A DNA stretch of 64,000 bases from Geosiphon pyriformis uo1 (GCA_016748015.1 JAAOMT010000515.1:355249-419248), one strand, 5' to 3'; positions 13,471 through 27,445 are shown, numbered from the stretch's first letter. Numbers and translations: made by a program. The notes: a model not told the origin generated them from the letters alone.

Positions 13471-15128
13471 AATCTTAAAAATACCTATAAATTTATTTGT
13501 CATTATTATGATTTTATTTTTTTTACTATTCTAATTCACATCAAATTTTTTTTTGTATTTTAATATTTTTGAATATGAATCAATTATTATTTGTTTGAGA
13601 AAAAAATTTATTTAAAAATATATCGTTAATTTTATTTTTTTAATTTTAAAAATTATTATATAAATTATTTTAGTCTAATGTAACTAAATTAATTATAAAA
13701 TAAAAATAGGATATACCTTTTTTTTTTTTTATTATCATTTTCAAACTAATTTTTTATAAACTTTAAAAATCAAATTCTTGAATAGAATTTATCTTCAATT
13801 TCATTGCTTAACAAATAATAAATTTCTTACAAGATAACTTCAAACAACTTGGCTTTGTTTCAATAGCTGTATATATTACAAAAGGATTTTTAAAATCTTT
13901 CCATAAATAACAAGGGATTGGTTAAAAGAAATATTTAGATTGACTACTCTTTAATAAACACATTTCAAACCTTTAAATATTACCTATTTCTCGAAAATTC
14001 TTATAAAATAAATTTTTTCTTAAATGTATTCTTTACTGGATATAAATTAAATACAAATATAACTCGAGAACAAACCAAAAACCTAAGATATCAATTAGCC
14101 ATCTCTTAAAACGATTCAAATCATTCTATAATAAAAGTGACTTGATTTTTTTATATTAAGGAATGAGAAGTTCAGAACTTTGAAATAAAAAAGCAAAACC
14201 TCTAATTTCAAACCAATATTTCTTCATTTTTTTGGTGAATATTTCTCAAAATAATTTTTTCCTTCTTTGTAGTTTTATAAAAGCTCTTTTTCGATTTCTC
14301 TATGATAAAAGAATATAAAAAAGGTCATTTGTACAAGTGAGAAAATGGCATCCTTTCACGCGTCTTATTCTCGCACGTGAATTATTTTTGCTAATTCTGC
14401 CGCAATACTCTATTTGCCACAATACCGTAATTCACTATTTTACCTTAAGTGGGTAAAGATTTGAATGATTAATATATTCCCCAAAATTTCGCTTTGTCAT
14501 TTGAATTTCAGCGATGAGCTCATAATTAAAACTTGGAAAAAATTAGGATAGGCATAATGCAATAACTCAGTTGTGAAAGGTTCACATTCTATTTATTGCT
14601 CATATTCATTATACTTCCTCTTAATTAAAAATGATGACCAGGATAATTTTAAACCAGTATTTCTTTTAAGAGATTCGTAGAACAATTAAGGGATTATTGT
14701 CGATATTTAATCTAAAATAGAACACGGGAACTTGAAAAGAGAATTTTTTCCCAATTCTATGATCCATCAAAAATTCAATCAACATTGACCAATGACACAA
14801 TTAAACTTGACCTTTTAACCCCTTGACACTTTGTGCTTTGTCGCGATTGTTGCGGGAGAATCATCAAATCAAAGTGAACAATCGAGTAAAATTTTTTATC
14901 AATGCATCATCAATGATAATCATAATGATAAACACAATCATTAACTTCTTGATATAGAACACCCCTTCATTAAATTGCGTAGTACCTGTATTATAATATT
15001 ATAAATTTCAAGTTTTTGAATTAAATAGGAGCTGACCTCAGTTCGACTTTAAAAGTATAAAAGAAACGAATTTCGAACATTTGAAAATAAAAGTAAATAA
15101 GATTAGATCGAAGCAATTTTTCGTAACC

Positions 15129-15231
15129 TTTTCTGTCTTTCTTTCTTTCTTCCTTTCCTTTCCTTTCTTTTCTTCCTTTCTTTTCTTCCTTCCTTTTCTT
15201 CCTTCCTTTCTTTCTTTTTTCTTTCTCCTTT
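15129..15231 (+). repeat. Pyrimidine (CT-rich) tract in the promoter/5'UTR region of the RlpA-like gene
   Basis: About 100 nt almost entirely C/T, downstream of TATAAAA at ~15056 and upstream of ATG 15554. Confidence 0.7.
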
Positions 15232-15553
15232 CGTTTTGATAGCGGAATAATTATACATTCTTTTTGCATTGAGATATTATCTTTCAACACGCTGAGCGTA
15301 ATAATAAAATAATAAAATATTAGGTGAAATAAAAACCTAGAAGCTTGAACATTAAATTTTTTTAAATTGACAAATTCTACTCTTAAAAAGTTTTGGAATT
15401 GATTTTCTTGTAATTGCTGCTCTTACAAAAATAGTGGACTACAAAAAATTCTTTAACCTTTTTTTCGCACGGAACTGGGAGAAAAACATAACAAACTCGT
15501 TTCTTCTTTAAAATCCCACCTTTTCACTGTCTCATTCCTTAAAGAGTAAAATC

Positions 15554-15982
15554 ATGAAATTCAGATCACAGAATCTGATCCAAATCATTTCATTATTACT
15601 CATTCTTTTCTCAACATCATCATCATCATCAGTCCGATCGTCACGTTACTCAAGATCAAGGCGTGGAAAACTTCACAGAGGCCAAGGAACCTATTACAAC
15701 CCTGGTCCGGGGGCATGTGGTTCAACAGATTCCGATTCCTCGCCTGTCGTCGCATTAGCAGCCCCAGATTTTGATCCGTCGAGCCCAGCGGGTAACCCAA
15801 ATCGGAACCCACTATGTGGTAGATCAGTTAAGATTACGTATCGTGGTAGGTCGGTGAAAGCGCTAGTAAAAGATCGGTGCCCGGTATGTCAATCTGGTGA
15901 TTTGGATATGTCACCTGTTGTATTTCAAGAGATTGCTAATAAGGATTTAGGAAGGATTAAAATCAAATGGCGCTTTATATGA
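15554..15982 (+). CDS. Secreted RlpA-like double-psi beta-barrel protein (loosenin/expansin-related)
   Basis: Hydrophobic signal peptide followed by GQGTYYNPGPGACG, NPLCGR, VKDRCPVC and GDLDMSPVVF...GRIKIKW, all typical of the DPBB fold. Confidence 0.9.
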   Translation: MKFRSQNLIQIISLLLILFSTSSSSSVRSSRYSRSRRGKLHRGQGTYYNPGPGACGSTDSDSSPVVALAAPDFDPSSPAGNPNRNPLCGRSVKITYRGRSVKALVKDRCPVCQSGDLDMSPVVFQEIANKDLGRIKIKWRFI

Positions 15983-16815
15983 ATTAAATGTTACATGAAT
16001 TAGGAGTGATATAAGGACATTTAAACAAATGAAATTGAGATTTAAAATTGAATCTCCGGGGTAGATTCTTTTTAATATGATCCTAAATAAACAAAATGGA
16101 TATCAATCTTAAAATATTTAGAGTATTCTTATTAAAACCAATCTGTATATATTTTATATGTTATTTGCATGAATTAAAAACAACTATTCACAAAATAATT
16201 GGAAAAATTGAGTTCATGACATAGATTTTTCTTGTTTATTTTTGTCCTTTAATTCATATTTTGCATTTTGCTATTTGAATCAAATAAAACCTTATTTTTT
16301 ATGAAAAAAGAGGGATGATAAAAATTTTTCGCAGTTTCTGTTTATTTCAATTTTTTTTTAAATTATAAATAGTTATAAATAATATCATAAGTTTTAAAAT
16401 TAAAAAAGGATATCTGGAATGAAAAATATGATCATCAAAATTAATTTTTGGTTTTTTTAATTATTAATTTGTAGCAAGCAATCTTTCTTGGTCATATATA
16501 TAATCATTATTATATTTTTCCATTGTTTTTTTTGAGTCTTTATAAAAGAATTCCTTGAGTATACAATAACACAGTTTCTTTTTTTACTCACATATGAACA
16601 AAGAGTCAATATGAAAAATTGTTGCATCACAGAATAAAAGTTTTGGAAACTTTTTATTTGTGACAATAAAAAATATAAACTTCATTAGCAAAAAAAAACA
16701 ATTAAAAAAGTACCCAAAAATGATTAATATATGCTACTGTATTTTTTTAATATATCTAAAATAAAAAACTGGTTGGAATTTAACTTTGGTTAGAGCAATT
16801 TTACTTGATTCTAAA

Positions 16816-18174
16816 TTATCCAATATATTCGCGTGGACATTTTCCCATTATATATCCGAAATATGGCCCTTTATGATTTTTTTTCCAATTTATAGAGGTC
16901 TTCCGTTTTTCATGAAAAAAGCCGTTACACTCCTGATTTAATTATAGAAATTTTAATTAACCAAAGTTTGAGATAAAATTCATTCAAGTTTTATCAAAAT
17001 CAGAAACATCCCCCCCCCCCACCCCACCTCCACTACCACCTACCTTATTTAAAGATTGTGTCCCTCGCTGTTCACATCGAAAAACAACAGGAAAATTTGA
17101 CTGGTCTGGTAATGTTATATCAAATGTGCAATCGCACTGCTCTTGCTTTGGAATCCAATATTCAGTAGACAAAGGCCACAAATCCTTATTTCCAAAAGGA
17201 AAAGCAGGTATATAATCATCGGCATATGTTACTCGATACATTTGTAAATAAGTAGACACGATATAAGCAAAATAGGTGTCTCCCATACGTGGCTGTCCAA
17301 AAGTAACTACAATTGGTTTTACTTTAAATCTTTTGGCATATCTTAATGCTGCGAAAACCGCATAAACTGAAGTAAAAAAAAAAGTATGACCTTTAATATT
17401 TTGAAATAAAATTCGATATAATTAATATTATGCTTTTTAACACTTGCCTCCTCCATCCCCAAAGCCTGTAAATTCAATATAGCATTTCAAAGATGCTTTA
17501 TAAAGAGGATTGCTCATATGGATTATACTTATAATATCTCGAGCCTTTCTTGAAATTGATGAGATATCACTCCACCTTCTATAATAATATGCGTCCACAA
17601 GAGCCCCTGAATTTTTAACAAAAGGAATTAATCGCTCGCCAGGCTCTATCCTTCTTGAATTGTCAATACGAACTCCTTTGAAAAAAAATATAACATATGG
17701 AGGCTCATTTGTTTGTTTTGCCCCAGGTTTAAATGAATGTCCCACTACAAAATATTAAAAGCATTAAGAATATATTTAAAGTTTTTAATTGATCAGAATT
17801 GTAATGTTTGCCTTACTATATATATCCTCTGATATTTCGTTTGAATTATTAAGACATGCGGCTTCCCTTGCAAAAAATGCGTGAGTTGCTAATAATTTTA
17901 ATTCATTCTTATTTTTTACTGGTATTTTCACATGAGTGAATTCGCGTTTTAAAAATTGATTGTGAATTAATCTTTCATTGAAAGGAAGCTTAATATCAGC
18001 ATTTAATGAAGTTTGGGAGAATTTTTGCAAATATTGTAGAGAAAAATTTTCTAAAAAATTCCAAATTCTATTTTGAATAATTGTCAAAATTTGAAATGAG
18101 GTTGGAGCTGCGAAATAAAGTTTGATAAAGAACAAAAAGAACAATCCTATTAACCAAAAAAGTAATTTGGGCAT
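16816..18174 (-). CDS. Lipase class 3 (Lipase_3) fold protein, probable pseudoenzyme (nucleophile elbow G-F-G-D-G)
   Basis: Exons 18174-17817, 17744-17448, 17366-17044 and 16932-16816; intron 2 is GC-AG. Gives a signal peptide, IFFFKG, FTGFGDGGVYAVFAAL, VTFGQPRMGD, YRVTYADDYIPAFP, EYWI, CDC and NHKGPYFGYIMGKC. Confidence 0.85.
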
Positions 18175-19869
18175 TGGAGATTAACACCAAATGGAAATTT
18201 GAAAATAAGCAAGAATGAATAACAGAAGAATTAAAAATATCAATATTTTGGACTTTAAGGGTTTAGTATAAAAAATATTTTCTATTCTTAAATTTGAAAA
18301 CAAGATTACTTTATTTATGATGAAGGTAATGACTTTCAAAATTTTGATACAATAACAAAGGAAAAATTACAAAGTGTGTGTATTGTTTGGTTTTTATAAT
18401 ATTAACGTATAAATAAAAACACAATTGATCATCTTTAAAACGGCAACAATAAACCCTTACTATAACCCTTTAAGATAAAGCAAGTTAAATACTTTGGGCA
18501 AATTTTTGATATTCTTTACTTTTGAAAATAATTAATAAAATTTCAAGAATTGAGTTCACGCAATAAACAAAAATTTGATTTGGTTTAAGGAAATAAAGGA
18601 GTTAAAATTTCAATTCATGATCTAAAAGTGAAAATTCTAGAAAATTTATTATGTAAATATGATCCTGAAAAACCTTGAAAATAAATAAAATTAGAAATAT
18701 TTTCTGTGAGATAGAAATTTTGAATTGATTTAATGGTCAGTAAAGATTTGTAAATTCATTTATATATATCAAGCAGCCAGAATTAAAGAACCCAAATTTT
18801 AGTTTTTTTTTTTAATTTAATACTATTCATTTTATTAAAATAAATAAATATATAGGAGAGTGAGGGGCTTTCTTATCAGTTCTTTGTTCAAAAATTTTTT
18901 TTCATAATTGACGGGTATGTTCTCATTAAGAAAACCAGATTTTCTTTATGCCCAATAATAGATGGCTTACTTTGTAAATTACTTTCTATATAAAACATAG
19001 ACATTAATGATATTCCGGATAAAATACAAGCAATCTATGATAGAAACTCAAATTTTTATTATTTAGTTTGTGATTATTACCCCCTTAAATGAAAAGCAAC
19101 TATCTGTTTCAATTTAATAATCATTAGAATTATAATAGGTCAAAATTGAAGTGGTTGATAAAAGCCATCCATCTCCAAAACGAAACTTCTTTTTTTTTAA
19201 AAGTATCCTAACCCTGAAGAATATTATTTGAGTTTCGGATAAAGATTTTTTATTTCTCTTGGTAATTAATCATTTCAATAATAGAAAATGGTAATGAATA
19301 ATATTCCAATAAAAAATTAACTACCAAATTAGTTTAATAATAAATCAAGATTTCTCTGAATTTAGTTTTCCAATTTTTAAGTCAAACAATGATATATTAA
19401 AATTTTTAGTTTATGACATTTTGATATATCTTTTTTAGATACAGAATATGAGACCCGAGAATAATAAACAGGTTTTCTCTTGTTTATCTAACAAAATGAC
19501 TAAATTATTTGATGTTGTCCCTTGATAAATATAAACTCTAGAAACTTATATTCAGAAATTCCAAGAAATTAAATGTTCTTTATGGCAACAGATCTGTGGT
19601 TACAATCATGATGCTGGATTCACGGCATAATCGATAGCACAAAAGTCTTGTTTTGGAAGCAAAGTTAATGCGATGGTTGAATACTTTCTTATTTTCCGCA
19701 GCAAAGCAATGGTCGTTGTGTGACGTTCACATTTGTGAAAATCAAATAAATCATGCTATTTAATGTCTCACTGCTTTTCAAGGTAAACGAAAAACCTATT
19801 CTAAAACATAATTCTGAAATCCATCTTTCTCACCAAAATATCTTTCCTTCAATTTTAAAACTTGATCAA

Positions 19870-20770
19870 ATGGACAAAATTTCTTCAAAAATAGATACTA
19901 TGGTCAATAAAATCACAAACCCTCATGGTCTGAAGGGTGAACTTCATGTCAGGATTTGTAAGTTTGTAATAGGCCGTAGTTGAGTTCATGCATTATGAAG
20001 ACTTTAGAATTCCAAGTTTTGGTCAAAATTTTAATAGAATTACCTGTTCATAATTATTTGATATTTTGTAATTTTCCGTTTATTTGGGTTTTTGATCGTT
20101 AAGTGGAAGGTAAAAATGTGAAAGAACTGGACGCGTTTGGTAAGGTTTTTTGTTTTTCTTTTGAGTTGAAATCATATCAAAATCGAAGTATTTAAATTTA
20201 ATTTTGACATTAATTTCGAATCATTGATAAATAGCCAAAAGTAAGTTAGATCTTTTCTTTTCTTTTTTTTAGCGAAATTTTCTCATCATATTTCGTTCCC
20301 AAGGCGATCCATTTGTCGAATTCTGGTTAGACTGGGGATGTAGACAAAAAACCGAATCTAGATTCAACACAGCTTCTCCTGTTTGGCTCGCGGAGCATCG
20401 ATTGTAGGTGTTCAGAATTATTCTCATTTTTAAAATTTGAATTTCGGTCAGAATTAAATTTTTAAATTTTCTTCATCTCCCTAGTAAAATAACCGGATAT
20501 GAGGGTTTTTTACACCTTCGTCTAGTTGATAAAGATGTTCTTGTAGACGAAAAGGTATTAATTAGTATCTTAATCATTTGGAAAATCATTTTAATTATGA
20601 CTTGCCGATTGACTTTTAGTTTTATTTAAAAGATTGGTGACACAAAAATTGAGCTGAAACCTGTACTTGAGAATTTTTATTTAGATACTTGGGTGAACGT
20701 TCAAAAACGTTGGGATACAAAAAGCCAAGGTCAGGTTCATGTAGTTTTGGAGTTTTTCCCAGATGAATAG
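19870..20770 (+). CDS. Small stand-alone C2-domain protein
   Basis: Exons 19870-19957, 20104-20139, 20235-20240 (6 nt), 20304-20403, 20485-20554 and 20633-20770 give GELHVRILEGKNVKELDAFAKSDPFVEFWL...KT...PVW...LRLVDKDVLVDEKIG...GQVHVVLEF, a complete C2 fold with Ca2+-loop aspartates. Confidence 0.85.
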
Positions 20771-22755
20771 TTTAAATTCTAAATTTCGGCACAAGTATAT
20801 TTTCATAGCTAAAAACGGAGGTATAATAAATAATAAAGTTTGATGTTTGACTTTACAAAAAAACCAAAATTTCAAAATATTCAAGATAACTTTATCAAAA
20901 AATTGGGAACTTTACCGAAATAGAATCGGTTCGCAATAATTTTCGACTTTGCAATACTTTTTTTTTTCAATATGTTGAAGACAAAATTCTTTAAAACCAA
21001 GGATAAGATATTTTGAATAGAATAAATTTTATTGGACAATATTTTATTGGATAGAAAAAAAAATCTAGCTCAGCTTCCAATTTAATAAATTATACATACT
21101 TTAATTTTCAAAAGTGTTTTTCTTCTATACATTTCTGTATGTTATATTTTTCAACCATTTCAAAATATTTACTAATAGAAATCCCTTTTTTAAAAAAAGA
21201 TTATTTTTTTTACAAAAACCCATTTCATGCATTTTGTTTGTTAGTTAAAATTCAAATTTCCCCGAAAAATAATATGTTGTTTCGAATAATCAAATTTGAA
21301 TCCAATTTTCATTCATCACATTCAGAATTTTTGACTGTCAAAGATTTTTCTTTTTCGATATTTATTTTATTATCTAAACAATATGAATAAGCCAATTTGA
21401 GAGAAAGAAAATTTTTTAGTTTCTATAGAAAAAATATCAAAATAGTTTAATTAAAAATAGATCTTTTCAAATACATGTGTCTTATACATTCTACATTGCT
21501 CCATTAGGAATTTTCTTTCTTTATTGACTCCAAAATGAATTAAATGCATGATGAGAAAATTGCTCAGGTGAGAAACTCGCACGTGTAAGTGTCTTCCTTT
21601 AGGATCTACTCAACCATGTGAGAGAATAAACAATGTGAATTAATGTGTGTACTATTCTCCTTACAAAAATGTGATAAGATGATGACAGTCATCCTACCTT
21701 GTCGTTCGCTATTCAAAAGCTTTCAGGAAAAATTTTTCAATTAGGAATTGATCGAGAAGATTATTAATCATAACCTTAAAAATAGATTAGAAATGATTTG
21801 TTACCCCCGCAGCGCATATTAACATACGATAATAAATAAAGTTCAGGCTAGACTTATTAAAACCTTTGAAACAAACAAAGAAAGAGTACTCGATAATTTA
21901 AGATGTTTCTAAAAGTTTGGATTTGAATTTCAAAGAAATTTAACGGATAGTGAGTTTTTCTGCAGAAGAGAGATATGGAATTTTTTTTGGATGATAAATC
22001 TATTCCTATATCTCCTATTCAGACAAAAACAGTATACTGTCAGATTCATATCTGCAATTAAAAGAAATAAAATATTCTCTCAGGAAGCCCCTGATTCCAA
22101 GCATTAAGCATAGAATATTTCAAAGAAGAAAATAATGCCAAGAAACTCTTGCCCTTTGTTAAATTTGAGGTCGAAAATCGAGATTTAAAACTACCATTTC
22201 AATTGTACGTTCCAGATTATTGATCTTTTTTGTCTTTGGTACCATCTGAAGAATTATTCTTTTAGTCTACATTGTTGAACTGACATGATCAGTCCCCTAT
22301 TCAGAGTAAACTAAAAAAGAATTTCACCAGAATTTGATTCGTTTAAAAAGTTCTTTTGAATTTAGATGGTCACAGTAGTATGAACCGAATCAGTTTTATG
22401 AGGTAATATAAGTTACATATTTAAAATTATATTTTATTTCGTGAGCAATTTTTTCGAACCTCGAATATAATGAAAAGATTAGTTTGGTAGCAGTTTTAAA
22501 GAAAATTTTTTCGATTTAAAATGGAAGAAATTAATAAGACCGCGAAACAACTTCATGCGGCTTTAAAGGAAGTTTACCAATTTTTCAGTAATTGAAAATA
22601 AACGACAATAAGCTTCAAAGAGTTTTATAAGGCTAACAAAAAACTCATTTTTGCATTACTTGCATTGTTCTCAGACTATAATTATTTTGTGATACGTGGA
22701 TGAATAAACCAATATTTATGATCTTTTTCTAAAATTATCAAAAATAATTAACAAT

Positions 22756-22757
<2 letters not shown>

Positions 22758-22802
<45 letters not shown>

Positions 22803-22803
22803 T
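22758..22803. repeat. (ATT)n microsatellite
   Basis: Visible tandem trinucleotide run. Confidence 0.9.
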
Positions 22804-23319
22804 TATTCTAAAATAATATAATAGTGAATTTTTTGCTAGAAAGCAACTCATGAATTTGAATTTTTGTAATTTTTCGTGACAATATTTGCTATACATGCTC
22901 AAGATTTAAGATTTAAGATTTAATCATTAATTAAAAAATTAAAAGTTTAGTCTTTAAAATTATTTATCTTTGATAATCTTAATAAAATTAAAATTAAATT
23001 CATATAAAAAATTAATGATGAAATTAATTTTACATAATGAATTTGATTTTCAGATTTTTTTTTAAATATTTATTTTTATTATGATATATTTTGATTATCA
23101 TCTTAAATATATATATATAAATAATTTTATAAATTATATTTTTTATGATATGACATATTTATTAAATAGTGAATATATTTATGGTTTTTTAATGTGTTAT
23201 TAATTATAATTAATTTTTTTTTTAATAATATTTTGTATGATTTGTGATTTATTTCAAGTAATTTTTTTTTTAAAAGGTTTATATTTTAAATATCAGAAAT
23301 TGAAAATATTGTTATTTTA

Positions 23320-23373
23320 AACAGCAACAACAACAACAATAATAACAACAACAACAGCAACAACAACAACAAC

Positions 23374-23400
<27 letters not shown>
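23320..23400. repeat. Compound (CAA/CAG)n-(AAT)n microsatellite
   Basis: Visible tandem trinucleotide runs. Confidence 0.9.
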
Positions 23401-23404
<4 letters not shown>

Positions 23405-24003
23405 TTTATAATCAATTTATAAGAACAATTTTTTTGATTTTTCAATATCTTGAAATTTAATGTTTTGAGTATAATAATAAATCATTTTATATTTAAAAAA
23501 AAATAATTGAAATTGTATAAAAATTGATAAAATATTTTGATATTAATTTCAAACAAGCAGCATAGTTTGATTTAAATTACAACAAATAAATAGTGGCAAA
23601 ATTATTGGTTATTATTAAATTGCATATTTTACAGTTATCTCATTTTTTTTCAAACTTTTTAGCGAAGATTCTTCTTTGAAACTCTTTTTTGCCAAAGATA
23701 ACAGATTTCTATAAAAAAGTGAGTACATGAAGCTAACCTAAATCAATTCTAGCTATTTCAAATTACACAAGCACATGAAAAGCAGCCGGATATCAAATAA
23801 TTTTTAATACGAAAAATTTGGGCTGCTTTATTGTTTGTAAAATTTAATTTTAAATGGTCAAGATTTCTGAAAAGGCTATGCTCAGCTCTATGGATATTAT
23901 TGAGGAGATAGTAACGAAAACCGGGAAGAATGTGATTAAAATTTGTTACATTCTAACAATTTTCTAATATCTTTTTTTTTAGAAACTGTATTTAGTAGGT
24001 TGT

Positions 24004-24004
<1 letters not shown>

Positions 24005-24058
<54 letters not shown>
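24005..24058. repeat. (AAT)n microsatellite
   Basis: Visible tandem trinucleotide run. Confidence 0.9.
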
Positions 24059-24059
<1 letters not shown>

Positions 24060-27000
24060 CATTTAAACATATATATCACCAAAGAGGGATAAAACGTTCA
24101 AATAAAATTTTAATTTCAAAAAAAAGAAAAGCTGCGCATTGCTAAAAACATTCTAGACCAAAAAAATTTATCCCAATCATTTTTATTCAAAATAAATCAA
24201 AAATTAATTAATTATTTTCGATGGCGATTGAAAATAGTAAGGATAAATTAAACGGGATTCAAAGATCAGAAAATAATCAAATAAAAGATGCTAAAAAATA
24301 CTGGGTTATTCAAGAAAGTCTCATCTAATCATGATATTATAATAGAATCACATTCATTACAAACAATCCTCTCTCGATTATTCATCTTTGAAAAACAATG
24401 ATTCATCCTGCATTGTTTAATCTGTTAAATTATTATTATTATTATTATTTTTGACCACTGAACAGAATTTTTTTTTTTCTAATGGTATGATTGATAATAA
24501 ATCTTTTTTGATTCGGAATATTTATGGACAAGTCATGGGATTTAGAGTCATAACTCGTTGAAAATTTCTCATACTAAAAAAGAGCATTCGTAATATATCG
24601 ACGCCCAAAAACCGACGCGGGATTCCGAACCATTCTATTGGCGTTAATTTTTAACGCCATCAGCATTAATTTATTTGGGATTTTTGGACCAAAAGGGTTC
24701 GTACACAAAAAAAAATGTTTAATAATGATGAAATAAGCAAAGTGAAAATAAAAATTTTATGTTTTTTAAAAAGTCATCTTCGAGTAGAATTAAATATTTT
24801 TTCGTTATTAAAAAAAATAATAATATTATTAAAAGTTCACAAAGTATTTCCGTCCAAAAACGTCAGAAATTATCGAATATTAGGTTAGAGCTTATTAAAC
24901 AACTGTAATATTCATGCTCCCTATGTTGTCATAGAAGAAACAAAAGAAACCATACTATAAACCACCCTCCGAAAAAAAAGGCAACTTAATTTGGTTAATT
25001 TTTTTCAAAAAGCCCCGATTTTTAAACAATCTATATTATCTGTTATCTTGATTTTTAAATTTGAAGCTATTTTGATTTTGGGTCGATTATTCAGAAATTT
25101 CTCAAATTTCAATAAAATGAATATCGGGTTCGATTTTCCTGATTTTCACTAAAGAATCTAAGCCTTGTTCAAATAATTTATATAAGAGATCTTTATATCT
25201 CGTAAATCAAAAAGGGTCAAATTCAGCAAAATAGAAGATTCTATTTTGCTTTCTGGGGGGTGATGCAAAAAAAAAAAAACAGTCTATGTTAAATTATGGT
25301 TCTTTTTCATCCGGAGTAAAGTTAGAGACTTTGGATTTTAATACTTTATGAAAAGATAATGTATCTTGTGCGTCCTGTTTTTAAAATTAAAAATTTATTT
25401 TTATATTATTAAAATTTTTTTTACAAAAAAAGTTACTAGATTTTTAGTCACAGATGAAATTAAAAAATTCCTATAAAACAAAATTTTTAACTGATAAAAA
25501 TATAGCTAGCACTATAAGAGATTAATATTTATTTCGAATTTAAGAATTGTACCTCGTGCGCAATGAGAACTTTTAAAAAAAAAGCCCAAAAAAACTTTTG
25601 AGAAATCCACAAATATTTGAGATGTGTGTAAGTCAAGGGTTTTTGATTATCATGTTTTAACAATTGTTTTCTACTATTTTTGGAGAAAAATTTTAACTCT
25701 TTTAATTTTATGATAAAATCTTGATAAGAATATCAATATCAATATCAATATCAATATATATATATATATATATATAATGTATTATTATTTATAAATATTC
25801 AAAAAAATAATAGCATGAATTTAAAATTTTTTTAAAGATTTTCGAAATAAAATTCAAATTTCACAACATCTTTTTAGATCATATTAGGTTTAATTAGGTT
25901 ATTCTCTAAATTGGGAAATAAATTTATTCAAGTACATGTATAGTTGAAAATTTTAAAAATTAAATTTTTTATCATTTTTCTTTCTTAAAATGAATTTTTA
26001 AATAGTTTTTTTTTTTTTTATATCAAAACAACTACTTATTTCAGATAATTTAAAGAGAAACAAAAAGTTAATCACTTTTCTAGGCAAAAAGCTTGAAAAT
26101 TCGTATAAGCTTTTACTTTTTTTAAAAAAAACACTGTTGGAGTTGAACTAATTTTAACTTTTATTTATTTTTTTCTTTTTAAAAAATAAAAAATAAAAAA
26201 TAAAAAAAAGTAAATAAAACTAAGGAAAAATTAACCCTCTCTTTTAAGGATAAAAATACACTGCATGTACATGCATGTATAGATTATATTGGGAAAACTC
26301 GTTTCATTAAAGTGAATCGAAATTTTAAAAAGAAAAAAGAAAAAAAACTCTAGAACAATCCATCTTATCATGATTCTCGACGCGACTTTAGGATTATAAA
26401 GAACTGAACTTTAACTAGACCATTTCCTCTGGAACCTTCTTGCTTAAAATTATATGGAAAAGTTATTTATGTGATCAGAAAAATTCATGAGAATTCCCGA
26501 TAATAAAAAATTTCTGTCTCAACTTTTCGACTTACTTAGTGCGTTTGTAGCCATAAAAATCTACACTTTGCTTCTTCAGAGAGTATCTTAAAAAATTACT
26601 GTTGTTGTTTTTTTTTTGTTTTTTTTTAAAACAAATAAATAATCATGCCCTTTTTATTTTTGCTTGATTAGGATTTAAAAAATTTCTGCGCATTCTTTCA
26701 TTTTTTTCTTTCTCTCTTTAAAATCTCATTATTACTAGCTAAAAATCTCAACGTCGGGCATGTCCGTGGGGCTAACTTGAAATATTTGAAATTGGACGAG
26801 GATCATTTGTAGTTATAAAGGTTTATCACCAATTCCTTTCATATGGGATAAATTTTCACACTAATAACCTCCAAATCTCTGACATCAGATGAAAAGGGTT
26901 GATTTCTCCGCCAAAAAAAAAAAAAAAAAATACCAGGAGAAAAATAAACAAACATTCAGTGTTAATCAGAAACAAACAAAGATAATCCATTCGAAAATAC

Positions 27001-27411
27001 CCTGTAAATGGCAAGAATTTTTAAGAGATATCAAATAATAACAATTAAAATTTTATTGACATGAAACTTGTATTTTTTTAGTAATTTTAAATTTCAAAGA
27101 GAGAAAAAAGGTGAAAATTTTTTTAACTCCCAATTTCTTATCAAACGGGCTTGGCAACCTCAAGATCCCAAATAATTATTATAATTAATCTATTTTGAGG
27201 ATTTTTGACGCTAAATTTTTCTCCTTTATCCGGGAAAATTTTAGCCTTTGAATCTAAAAATTTTAGCATTTTATACGATGCATGATGATTCATATCAAAA
27301 ACATGCTATGATAAAATTATTTATTATCACATTTCAAATTCAATTAATGTTTGATATTAAATATAGATTTTCACAGCTAATCCTTTTTTTAATTCTATCA
27401 CCAATACTTGT

Positions 27412-27413
<2 letters not shown>

Positions 27414-27445
<32 letters not shown>

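Noticed and set aside
15021-15290. ORF with a Lys/Arg/Glu-rich product
   Set aside because: It is just the reverse complement of the CT-rich tract.
24611-24659. B-box-like GGTTCGGAATCCC (minus strand) and a 9-bp inverted repeat TGGCGTTAA/TTAACGCCA
   Set aside because: Too short, has an extra base in the B-box, and forms no tRNA or SINE structure.
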